Positions 11,354 to 22,699 of a DNA stretch of 29,302 nt are shown in pieces. The stretch comes from Ginkgo biloba (lineage: Eukaryota > Plantae > Ginkgophyta). Positions within the stretch are counted from its first letter, which is position 1. Every line of letters starts with the position of its first letter. The stretch is from NCBI GenBank assembly GCA_024626585.2, contig JANKJI020000002.1, positions 18,626,516-18,655,817 on the forward strand, given 5' to 3'. A program made the translations under genes and the position numbers. Below the pieces are notes generated by a model. That model was not told the DNA's origin, did no database searches, and worked only from the letters and a program-made list of their open reading frames with translations.

Positions 11354-13480
11354 TGTGCTAACAAAATCTAGGATGAATCTGATAGAATCTTGGATGGAAT
11401 ATCAGGGCCCCATTAGTGCAGACTTGATGCAAATAGATGATGTCAACATTCAGTAGGATCAAGGTGCATTTATTGCAGACTAGCAGCCACATTTATGACA
11501 GCAATTACAGTGCATTTATTGAAAACGATGTCATCCAATATGGTGCATTAAATGAGGCAGCATGTCTACAATTAATGAATAAAGACAAATTTATTAGGGC
11601 ACATTTATTAGGGATATTAAATGACACATTAGTAAGTATTAACTGAAGTGACACCTTAGGTTATGACATTTAATATGAAGACATAACATTTGTAATTGAA
11701 GAGAGAAAAAGTAAGATAAATNNNNNNNNNNGGAGACAGAAAATTGTTGGAAGATATGAGAGCCAAGAACAACTATCCAGGGTTAAGTGTGGGAGGCTTA
11801 GTCCTAGGTGTTTGTGCCATGCACTATTATCATTGAGTAATAAACGAGTATTGTACCTCATATTCATGTGCATTTATCTTCATGCTTGAGGATTTATGGT
11901 GTTTATACATAATTGATACATGCTTTCCTCATAAATATGATGCTAACCCATTGCTAGTGGACTTTGCATTCGAGACCCCAATTTAGTCAACATTTGATTC
12001 CATTGAATGGTCCTCGCTAACATACCAAAGTGGAATGAGGCCAATGGAGATGGACAGGTATTCGCCCCAACTTGGTAAGCAACAACAAGGCAACATATGT
12101 CCCAATTATGAAAGACCTTGGCTATATGGGTCATAACTAAACCCACCCATAACTAGGAGGTCTATTGATGTTATTGAGAGGTTGGCCAATTGCAAAGCCA
12201 GTAATGCTGAAAGAGATAAGGACGACAAGACTAATTCACTAGGCAAGTGAATGGAACTTAACTAGAAAAATGGCAACCTTTCAACATAGTTGGCCACCCA
12301 AAAAAATATGACGACTCATAAAGGGGGGCAAACAAAAGGATGTCGAGGGCTTAGGGAAAACATTGGAGGATGTCTTGAAGGGAGCAAACAATTGTAATAG
12401 TGCTCACCTTTGCATAAATATTGTATGGAAATCCCAAACCTATTACTAATAAACGAAATGGTGGACTTAATGGGTGTAGAAAAAACCAAGAAAAGCCTCA
12501 ACCTCAATGAAAACATAGGAGACTTTCTAGTCTTCGAAATCTAGATGACATCAATTGAAAGAAAAAGTGCAACCATTTAGGTAGAAAAAGAGTCAAGTAC
12601 CTTGATAGTAGAGATAACTAATAACCAAAGTTTAGCTAAGGCACCAATATCTGACTAGGAGTTGCTTGTAGTCACACAAGAGTCATGTACCTCGTATACC
12701 TTGCATAACTACTTGAAATAAGAGTCTTCAAACTCTCAAAAGATTCACCTCCAAGTGATCGCCCTAAGAACTTTCATCTAAGGCAACTATTAGGAGAAAA
12801 TAACCTCAATTCAAGCAAACCTAATGGCAATAATAGTAACCTAGGAGGTTATCACATTAGTCTGAAAAATAATAGTAATAGTGCAAATGGTTTCCAAACC
12901 CTAACCTTAGGAACAATAACAAAAACTCTAGCAACAGTAACAATAATGTTGGTAATTAAAACAATATGTGCCAAAGCCACTAGAGTAGTGGACAAAATAT
13001 TCTTAACACCTATGCTAGAAGCCATACAATCAATTTCAATACTAATAATATCTGCGGACTACTCTATAATGCCTTCTTCNNNNNNNNNNNNNNNNNNNNN
13101 NNNNNNNNNNNNNNAAAGCTATAAAATTTTAAATACATATTAAATACATCAAAGGGAGTGCAACAAACATGTCCAATGTCAATTTGTTTAGAGGTTGTAT
13201 GAATACACTAAATTCCAAGAAATTAATAAAATGTATAACACTGTATTGCACTACAATTTCAAGTTTATCAAGCTACTATCTCCTACAGATGGTGTTATGG
13301 CCAACTAATAGAACAATCCATTTTGGATGCCATATCTATTGTGTAGTCTTGAGAGAGATAGAAATGCCCACTAATGACCAAAAAACATTCAATGGGACTA
13401 GTTGATATCAACCTATAAATTATGTCCAGGGAATTGGAAACAACGTCGTCAGTGCTACAAAATGCTAAATACAAATAATT
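11354..13480 (+). mobile_element. Related LTR (~11354-11992) followed by decayed leader/gag-like sequence and an RNase H remnant
   Basis: The LTR 3' part resembles 6190-6308 (CATGCT..CCTCATA..; CGAGACCC..TTAGTCAACA). It is followed by a possible decayed PBS (TTTGATTCCATTG) and Asn-rich gag-like low-complexity sequence (12.8-13.08 kb). INYVQGIGNNVVSA near 13414-13460 resembles the gypsy RNase H end I.Y.PG..N.VADAL. Confidence 0.55.
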
Positions 13481-13699
13481 TCGTCAAAGCGAGTGTGATA
13501 AACATCTCCATTGCCAAGTTGTTGGAGTGCATATGAACAATACTTTAGTTCAAGAAATTAATAAAATACAAATTGTCAAAATACTATAATATAATTGGAA
13601 TTAATGGGTTATAACTAAGGTAAAAACCAAGAGTCCTAGGAGCCACTTGCCTCTATGGAGTCATCCAATTCTTGTCTAATGATTTTCTTTATTTTATTA

Positions 13700-14325
13700 T
13701 CATTACTAATTGGCTACCTATAGGGACCCCATTATGTAACCTAAGTGGTTCATCTATCTCTCACTCTGAGTGTGTCTCTCCTAGCCTATAGTCTAAATCA
13801 CCCTCGGTGCTCCTAAAGGAGTTGGTCGTAAGGCTACCTCTTCTTGCTATGATTTGAGTCATAACTCTCTTGCTCCTATTGGTTTGTTTCTTGATAAGTT
13901 GCATTATTACTAAATCGATTCTATGGGTAGTGTTTAATGTCTCTTTGAATGTTGTAGGAACTTGTAATGTAGTATCCTCTAAGTATTGCAATCAAGAATT
14001 TGATGTCTAAGAAGGAACAACTCTATTAAAAAAGGGCAACACTCTTTTGATCATTGTGTGAACCTAGATCTACCTTTAATATAAGTTAAATGGATCCGCC
14101 CCTAGGCACTCTTTTTTCTACTTGATACGTAGGCCATATCCCCCCAAAAAAATCCATTTCCTCCTTGAATCCAACATAGTTCTTTTTTCTTTTGGAACTA
14201 AGGCATAACAAGTAGATCCAAACACTCTGAGATGCCAATTCCTTGGCCTTATTCCACTCCATTCTTCATGTGGTGTTTTTTCCTTCAACAACTACAATAG
14301 GGGATCTATTTCAAAGATACACTAT
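13700..14325 (-). mobile_element. Ty1/copia pol remnant (integrase C-terminus/SH3-like region to the start of RT)
   Basis: Minus strand reads NRSPIVVVEGKTPHEEWSGIRPRNWHLRVFGSTCYALVPKEKRTMLDS..IFFGGY, the classic copia NR.P....KTP.E.W.G..P....LRVFGC.AY..VPKEKR.KLD motif. It is followed by VPTTFKETL (EP.T..EAL-like). Confidence 0.85.
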
Positions 14326-14594
14326 NNNNNNNNNNNNNNNNNNNNNNNNNNNNNNNNNNNNNNNNNNNNNNNNNNNNNNNNNNNNNNNNNNNNNNNNNNN
14401 NNNNNNNNNNNNNNNNNNNNNNNNNTTTTTTAATATTTGTTTTGTTTTCGAAAAAGAATGAAAGAAATTCAAAACTTAATCTAAAAAAGAAAATGTTAAA
14501 CCCTAAACTTTGAAGTTGCAAGTATTATGGTTAGTCTTAACGTTTCAAGAATTTTATCTTCTATGTGGCATGTCTATTTTTATATTTTTTGAAT

Positions 14595-14660
14595 ATATAT
14601 GTGTGTACATGTATATGTATGTGTACATGTGTATATATCTATCTATATATATATATGTAT
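14595..14660. repeat. Compound TA/TG microsatellite-like tract
   Basis: atatatgtgtgtacatgtatatgtatgtgtacatgtgtatatatctatctatatatatatatg. Confidence 0.8.
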
Positions 14661-14789
14661 TGCTGAAAATGCTACTCATATTACTAGAAAAAGTAAAAGA
14701 ATTACATCACTTATCTTTTACTTAACAAGGCAAGCAGAGCAACAATAATGGATTTAACTCCCATCGGGGCCAAATCTCTCTCTCTCTCT

Positions 14790-15960
14790 CCTCAAGATAC
14801 GCATGTTCTAGCTTGGATTTGTTCAACAAGTTCAACTCTGTAGATATCTAACTCTTTTAACTGCATGGCATTTTTTATCCTTCAAAAAAGTACATTACAT
14901 CTTCTTTTCCATAGGAAACCTATACCTACAAGCCTTAAACTATCCTAGATACATTTTCCATTGTCTTTGATCATCTAGTTATTTGCTAAAATTGCACCTT
15001 TCCACCTTAAAGGAGCTATAAATAGATCCTTGTATTCAAGATGTATCCAATTCCAAAAAGCTTTAGCTGGAGGACACTACCAAAATATATGTAATATTGA
15101 TTCACTTCTTTGACACACCACACACTGAGAATCTGTCAGGCCTGACTTATGTAATCGTTCCTTGACTGCAAGGCTATGTTGGATCACCAACCATCCTAAT
15201 ACCTTGAGCTTAAATGAAACCTATTCTTTCCATACAATCTGACACCTTTTCCTCCATCATTAACACCCCACTTCATGTTCAATTGAGAAGAAAGAGATGC
15301 TACTCTAACTGCATTATAAAAATAATGCATATCATAATAGTAAAAAGGCTTACCATTGCTCCATTGCCAATGGTACCAATAAATTCTAGGGTCCTGCAGC
15401 TGAAGCTTGAAATGACATTCTTGTGGAAAAGCCTCACATAATTCCATCAAGGTAATTTGATTGGTGTAGCGTTGATTTAATGAATGTCTAAGTACCTTCC
15501 AATCCTTCCATGCTTGAGAATCCTAGTCCCAAAGATCTTTCCACTAGAATAGCCCCTTTCTTGCTAGCCTTTTCCTTGCTAAACTTGGAATCATGCCCAA
15601 TTGGCCTTTTGATGATTGGAAAGTCCAAGTAGGTTGTGAAGCAATATCCTGACCCTATTTAGGGCCTTGAAACTCCTAGTGTAATTGCGCAAAAATTAGT
15701 TGCCATGCTTTCCACAAATGCGTGAGGATTTGAGAACTTACTATTGTGAAGGCCAGTGCTCCACCCGATACATCNNNNNNNNNNNNNNNNNNNNNNNNNN
15801 NNNNNNNNNNNNNNNNNNNNNNNNNNNNNNNNNNNNNNNNNNNNNNNNNNNNNNNNNNNNNNNNNNNNNNNNNNCAAGTGGTTGTGGTTGGGGGATAGTT
15901 GGTTGAGCCGGTCCATAAGAACTTTGCATCCTTTGTTCTTGTCCTTTTCATTTGACTAAA
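14790..15960 (-). mobile_element. L1-type LINE remnant, 3' part of ORF2 including the zf-RVT cysteine motif
   Basis: Minus strand reads AKFLWTG (~15.92 kb), then GWLVIQHSLAVKERLHKSGLTDSQCVVCQRSESILHIFW*CPPAKAFWNWI (~15.04-15.2 kb) and FLWKRRCNVLF. These are typical plant L1 C-terminal motifs. Confidence 0.85.
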
Positions 15961-16449
15961 TCTCTTTTGGAATCTATCAAGTATCTAATTACACTTGGAT
16001 TTTTAGATAGATCAAAAGATTATGTATTTTGTTTTGACTCATGTTGTATCTCAATTTGCTGACGGTGCGATCATACTATGCAAAAACAATCCAAACTTGG
16101 TCTTTTCTTAGGATTTTTGGCTTAGACAAACAATGCACGATGTTATTAACAAGAAAAGGCATGTCATAGATGGGGAAAAGTATGACATAGTAGGCAAAAG
16201 GCACGACGTAGCTCAAAAAGGGTGTAGCGTCCTACAATTTTCATCTGGGAACTATTTTCACTTGAAAATTGTTTCGGATTCGACATAGTTCCAAAGAGTT
16301 GTTGCAGACATCCTCCAACATTCAGAAGCTAAAGAATACCTTCTTATAGACTTCAAGTGTTCTTTTAAGTGTAATAAGAGTTTACAAGCCTTTTGCTCAC
16401 TCACTCTTGGTTCGTTATTGAGTGATCCACCCTCTATATACACATCAAT

Positions 16450-16460
16450 TGGTGTTAGAG
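16450..16460 (+). promoter_or_regulatory. Primer-binding site (tRNA-iMet type, decayed)
   Basis: TGGTGTTAGAG versus canonical TGGTATCAGAG, 2 nt after the LTR-terminal CA. Confidence 0.75.
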
Positions 16461-16513
16461 TCTCTTTTTAGGCTCTGAATTTTTCATCCTCTATTTTTCT
16501 TTGATTTATTTTG

Positions 16514-16515
<2 letters not shown>

Positions 16516-16546
<31 letters not shown>
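16516..16546. repeat. (TA)n microsatellite, ~15 units
   Basis: Read directly; lies in the chromovirus 5' leader. Confidence 0.95.
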
Positions 16547-16548
<2 letters not shown>

Positions 16549-16567
16549 TTTTCTACTCAAGTTATCC

Positions 16568-16912
16568 ATGGCACCTCCCAAGAACAGAGCTCCTGTAGCT
16601 CATATTGATCCTCCTGAGGATATAGAGCTTCTTAAACAACATATTGCTACCCTTTAATTGGAAGCTACTAAGGCTACTCANNNNNNNNNNNNNNNNNNNN
16701 NNNNNNNNNNNNNNNNNNNNNNNNNNNNNNNNNNNNNNNNNNNNNNNAATGGAGGATTTGCTTCCTCTTCTTCTTCCCAACCATCTTCTAGCACTGCAAG
16801 ATTAATGACAAAAGTGGATACAAAGATTGAGTTGGTCCCCTCTAATGGTACAATAGATGCAAACAAGGTCAATGCATGGATTAGGGGCTTGGAAGTATAT
16901 TTTGAGACTTAG
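16568..16912 (+). pseudogene. gag: Ty3/gypsy gag N-terminal fragment
   Basis: MAPPKNRAP..ELLKQHIATL*..KVDTKIELVPSNGTIDANKVNAWIRGLEVYFET resembles the gag motif K.D.P.F.G..D....W...LE.YF. Contains an internal stop and is truncated. Confidence 0.8.
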
Positions 16913-16936
16913 GGATATGGGGATGAGTAGAATCCA

Positions 16937-19816
16937 GATCTTGTAGCATTGTTGGATTCATACTTAGATGTGTTTGTGAAGCCTACAGGGATTCTACCTT
17001 CTAGAGGGGTTGAGCATAGCATCAACCTACTCCCTACGTTCAGTTTACCCAATGGGCTAGTCCACAAGACCTCTCTTCTCGAGTCCTTAGAGTTGAAGAG
17101 GCAGATACAATAATAGATAGAGGATGTGCATATTCAATCTAGCTCTAGTCCATGTGGATCTCTAGTCCTCCTGATTCTCAAGAAGGATGGGTTGTGGCAA
17201 CTTTACATTGATTACAGGGGTCTTAATAAAGTCACAGTAACAAAACATTATCCTTTGCCATGGATAGATGATTTGATTGATTAGCTATAAGGTACTAACT
17301 ACTACTCCAAAATCAACCTCGAGTTAGGTTATCACTAGGTAAGGGCAAAGCTAGAGGACATATGGAAAACCGCATTCAAAAAACGCTTTGTGTTATTTGA
17401 ATGGTTGATCATGCCTTTTGGTTTGATTAATGCACTAGCTACATTTTTTAGCATTATGAATGACATCCTTCAACCATTTTTGGATTCCTTTGTTGTCATG
17501 TACCTAGACGATATTCTTGTTTTAAGTATCTTGGGGATCAACATCTTGAGCATGTATGTTTAGTCTTGGAGCAGTTGTATATCTATGTCTTGCATGCCAA
17601 CATGGCCAAGTGTGACTTTGGCCAGACATCAGGTACAACGTAGTGGTTTCGTGGTGGACTAAAATGGGGTACACATGGATCCCAACAAGGTACAGGTCTT
17701 GTAGGATTGGTCGCCTCCCATGAATCTACATGAGTGGAGGAGTTTCTTGGGCTTGGCTAATTTCTACAGGAGGTTCATTCTTTCATATTCAGAGATTGCT
17801 TACCCTTTATATGAGTTTACCAAAAAGCTCAAGCCTTTCACTTGGACTTCAACATAGCAATGTGTTTTTGCCAAAATGTAGGAGTTGCTTTGTACAAGTC
17901 CTGTGTTGGCTCTTCCTAATTTGAGCCTTCCATTTGAGATAGAGATCGATTCTTCATAGTATGCGATGGGTGTAGTGCTTAATTAGGCAAGAAGGCCTAT
18001 TGACTACCATTCAAAGACTTTCTCCTTTTTCTAAAGCAAATTATTCTACTTATGACAGAGCTTGTCTAGGCAATCGAGTATTGGCACCATTACTTGTTGG
18101 GCAAGGAGATAGTTGTCCATATGGATCATCATCCTTTGTAGCTCTTAGAATCTCAGACCTAGATTCAGGAGATGGTCATATGAAGTGGGCATCTTATCGA
18201 TAACAATTCCACATTGTCATTCGCTACAAGAAATGGTTGCAGAATAAGGCACCCGACTTCCTGAGTAGGCCACTAATTGTGATCATTATGAGCATTTTGG
18301 AAACCAAGTGTATTGGTTATCCAAAATGGAGGGAGTTGTATGCCCAGGATCTAGATTTTGTAGATGTCTTTGCCGCACTTCAGCATCCCTCACTGATTCA
18401 TCGAGCACCATTCCCAGACTCTCACATTGATGATGGCTTGCTTTCCAGGTTGGATAGAATATGTGTTCCTCGTGGTCTTGGCATAGTACAATTATCTAGG
18501 GGGATGCATTCTTCTCTATATTGTGAGCACTTTGGAGTGTTGAACACCCTTGCTCACCTCTAGTGCTATTTCTTTTGTCCAAGGATGTAGAGACAAGTGG
18601 AGNNNNNNNNNNNNNNNNATTTGATAATGTTCTCTTTATAGTCAGTTGAAGCCTACAACAAGAAAGTGGGTTTGTATGCACCACTTCCAATGGCGTCTTG
18701 TCCTTGGGAATCCATTTCCATGGATTTCATCACAGTTTTTCCCACGACACAACAACATCATGATGTAGTTTTAGTGATTGTGAACATGTTTAGCAAAATG
18801 GTAATCTTCATCACCTGTCCTAAAAGCATCGTTGCATCGATGACTACTCAACTCTTCTTTGTGCATGTGTGGACTTACTTTGGGCTTCCTTCTNNNNNNN
18901 NNNNNNNNNNNNNNNNNNNNNNNNNNNNNNNNNNNNNNNNNNNNNNNNNNNNNCGTTGAAATTTTCTACCGCATTTTACCCTCAAATAGATGGCTAGACT
19001 GAGGTGGTGAATTGCACTCTTGTTCACACCTTGCGCATGTTCAACCAGGCTAAGTCTAAGAGTTGGGACCTCTCTTTGTGGTATATCCAACATGGGTATA
19101 ATCATGCTTTGCACTCATCTGCAAGTTTATCCCCATTTTGCAGTATGCCTTAGTTTTTATCCCTTTGCACCCTTTAATCTTCTAATGGATTTTTCCTAGG
19201 ATTTTACTCGTAAAGAGTCTTTGGAGCATGATAGAGCCAATGCCTTTGTTCAGCATTTAGCACAACTTCATTGTCAGTTTAGGATTTATTTCTTAAGACT
19301 CAAACAAAGCAAAAGGCTTTTTATGATAGACATTAAATTGCACACCATTTTTAGGTAGGAGACATAATGCAAGTACACTTACATAAGCGAGGGTTTTAAT
19401 GTCATATTTATCATAATATAAAACCTCTTCACTATGGACCTTATACTATACTTTGGAAGGTTTTCCCTATAACTTTTGAGTTTGATCTCCCACCACACTT
19501 GGGAATCCACCTTCTTCTTAATGTAAATAGTCTCAAGTTATAGGAACCTCCTTCCCTTGAGAATGAGATGGACTTTTAAGTTGCTTCTCAATAGGTTGAT
19601 TATCCTAAGGGCTTCATTCTATAGTCTTAACCACCCCTATAGCGAGATACCCTCTTCCATATAAAGGTTAAGGATACATGCACTAGTTTGTCTACTTATT
19701 ACCTTGTGGGAAAGAAGAGTCAAATTTCTCATCAGGCTCATTGGTACTTTTTTTATCATTTGGACTACTTCTTATCTCACTTGGTGTTGAACATAATCGA
19801 GGTCATTGCATTCTAA
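16937..19816 (+). pseudogene. pol: Ty3/gypsy pol pseudogene: RT, RNase H, integrase, chromodomain-like tail
   Basis: RT motifs [42 protein letters not shown] and YLDD (17501-17512). RNase H ..NKAPDFLSR. Integrase PLP..PWESISMDFI and NMFSKM. Tail YYLVGKKSQ....AHW. Many stops and frameshifts. Confidence 0.95.
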
Positions 19817-19828
19817 ACATGAAGGAAT

Positions 19829-20195
19829 TGATGTGTTGTGCATTCATTTTTACACATTCTCTTGCACTTCAATTCAATAATTATTTATTTATTCACTTCT
19901 TTCATTGTAAAATTGTATAACTAAGGTTGATGATGCACCTAGTTAAAAAATATTGATTGTATGAGTAAATAATAATTAGAATAGAATTTATTTCTTATCA
20001 GTTAATTTGTGATTAGTTATTTTTTATACACTAGTTAATCATNNNNNNNNNNNNNNNNNNNNNNNNNNNNNNNNNNNNNNNNNNNNNNNNNNNNNNNNNN
20101 NNNNNNNNNNNNNNNNNNNNNNNNNNNNNNNNNNNNNNNNNNAATCCGGAAGTGATCCGATCCGTTCGGTGAATTATTGGTGTGCACCCACATCA
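19829..20195 (+). repeat. 3' LTR of the chromovirus element (interrupted by a 100-N gap)
   Basis: Perfect 7-bp terminal inverted repeat TGATGTG...CACATCA. The same CACATCA end occurs at the 5' LTR (16441-16447). Confidence 0.7.
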
Positions 20196-20799
20196 GTATG
20201 AGTGTTAAAAAAGAAGAGATATGGAAACGCATGCCCTAAGGTTGTTTCCTGCCAAGTGATCAAGATGCTCCACATACCTAAGGGGTGGTGTTGAACACAA
20301 TGTTTTTCCTAAAATTCTAACACTGAAAGAAACAAATGGAGGCTCCAAAATAATAAGAATGCTAGCTTGCAATTTGAATATTCTAAAAAATGTAGAAATT
20401 AGCTTCAATTTTTGATATTTGCTGTCCTTCAAAATAGATGATCAATACAGCCAAGTATTCATATAGATTACCAACTTGTGTTAGATGAAATCCCCACAGT
20501 TCATCTAACACAAGTCAGTAAAATTCAGACAATAAAACCTTACAATGATTCAAAATTTCAGCAAAATTCTACAATATGGATCAAAGTTTTCTTGGTCAAC
20601 CTTGGTCTGGCTAGTTACAATTTTGGCTGGTTAAGTTTTAGTGAAAAGCCTGCAATTTGGTTACAATTTTGCCTTTAGTTATAAAAATCACTAGCAGATT
20701 AATGGAGTACTTGAAGAATTTTCTTGCAAAATGTTTGGCTTTCAGGGTCTTCATAAAATTATGGATCCATCAAAATCAAAATGCACAACAAAAAATGGT

Positions 20800-22600
20800 G
20801 GCATAAGGCACACATTATTCAGCATCCATGGTGCAACCAGGACTTCACTAGAGGTAGAACTATCCTATAAAACAAAATCATAGCTTACTCGCATCCATGA
20901 TTTCCATACAGAAATACTTAGAGGCCGCAAGGCTTTAACATTGAGACTGGGGACTAAAGGCAATTGACCATAATTGTTGAGTCTTGACATTGATACAATC
21001 TGATATAACCAAGACCTTTACAATATCTCTAATTCTCCAATTGCTTCCACCCAAGACCAAAACTGGGAGATTACACAAGTCCCTGTGCATGTGTTCATAC
21101 TCACACGACAACCACCACAAATGCTTGCAAATACGAAGGAGGGATCAGAGAGGGAGTACTCCATGTTCTCTGAAACCAAGTCTATACCATGTACTTGTCG
21201 TGAATTAAAAGCATGTCATATTCTTGCTGTAGTTAGAGTCAAATCTGTAGTAGTCACAGCTAATACATAGTATGGCACACCAGGGAAAAACATCCTTTTG
21301 GGTTTGACTCAAAGTCATGTTACTACTTCAGGCCCATGCCTCAAACTTCTATCTTGCATGATTAGCTGCAAGTGAGACACACTTTAAATGTCCTCAAGCA
21401 GAGTATTGCTTGCCTTTTCTAAGCACACTAAGGGCACATGTTCATCTACGAGCTGTGTGGAAAACAACCCTTCCATATTAAAGGATAAATACTGATTTGT
21501 CTGTTTAAAGCATGGGCACAAGGCCTCAAGTCTGAGCAGCCATTTTTCTTCCCATCTGAACCTAGCAATAAGCAAGAGTCATGGCTTGAGTTGCCTGAAG
21601 ATGTGGCCAGGACTGAAGGAAGACATTAAATTTGGGGAGAATCTGACTCTTCAGCCATCCAAGGCGTCCCACAGACATGGTGTGTTAGAATGCACAACTC
21701 AATCACAAGGCATGCAGTAGATTCTTTGTCAGCTATCACAATGAAATGAGCTGCAAGTTCTTCAAGAGAGTTTCAACCTTGGATGATAGGACAGACTCCT
21801 TTCTGGAGGCAATGCTACCACTCTTCGTCTCTCATCTAGAGACCCCATCAAAATGCTCAGGATTGCACCAGCAATGATCCAAAGTTGGGGTATAGTCACT
21901 AGATGATAGTTGCAACAGGCCCTGGGTGGCTTTAGAGCAGTAGATGACACCATGCAGATCAATTGAGAGGGCAGCTGTCCAAGATCTTTTGTCTCCCTCC
22001 CTTACTCTACTTTCCTTGATGCTTCTATTTACAACTATACTGCGGCATCGTACTTATGTTGTTTTAGGCTTTAGGAACTTTATAGAAGATGCTTTATGCA
22101 TTCCCTGGACGTATTTGTAAATGTTGTTTACTCAGTCTGATTGACTGCTTTTGTTCATCCATGGACATAAATTTGAATTCTCTCTTGTTTTTCACTCTAT
22201 TCTCTCCAGACCTACCTTGGCCTAAACTGCCACTGACTCTTTTGCATACGGTTCTTCACTGAGTTCCTCTAGGTTAACAGCAAATGTAGACATTCTTTAG
22301 AAATTAGGAGCTTCAAAGACTCCCCAGTCACCCAATTCAGCTTTTGGAGGAACGGCTTTTTCTGACTGTCTAACCCTCTTCTTTGAACCATTTTCCTTCC
22401 ATTTTTTTGCTCTTCTGAAACCACTCCTCAGGTCCAGGGGTGAAAGCATTGAAGCGGCCAAATAGAGAAATGCGAGGGGAGTTATAATGGTTAAAACTTA
22501 AAACCCATTGCTTGACCTCTAAAACACTTCTGCTGCATATAGTATAACTTGCTTTTTCCCAAAGACGTGTAACACATGTTGATTTCTGTACACATTGTCT
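20800..22600 (-). mobile_element. Very old L1-type LINE remnant (endonuclease and post-RT motifs; RT core missing)
   Basis: Minus strand reads LWIIAGAILSIL..DERR (WIIAGDFN..L...EKRG-like), RFRWEEKWL (FRFE..WL-like), FPGVPY (YLGVP-like) and WW....DLCNLPVLVLGGSNWRIRDI....KTQQLW (C.P...GGLGIRD...K.LW-like), in the correct order. Confidence 0.65.
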
Positions 22601-22699
22601 CATAGCATAGCAAACTACTGACCTGATAATCTTGTGTAGAATCTATGTGATTGCTGGCTTGTTATCCAACAATGCAACTGGATACATAATTCTTTCCTC

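Larger units (their letters stand above)
15960..20195 (+). mobile_element. Degenerate Ty3/gypsy chromovirus-type LTR retrotransposon
   Basis: The 5' LTR ends in CACATCA (16447), followed by PBS-like TGGTGTTAGAG (16450-16460), a gag fragment, then RT-RNase H-integrase order and a chromodomain-like tail. A purine-rich PPT remnant (~19819-19828) precedes the 3' LTR, which is bounded by TGATGTG (19829) and CACATCA (20195). The 5' boundary is not determined. Confidence 0.9.

Noticed and set aside
14510-14725. Hydrophobic 71-aa ORF resembling a membrane peptide
   Set aside because: It is a translation of the TA/TG microsatellite tract (YICVYMYMYVYM).
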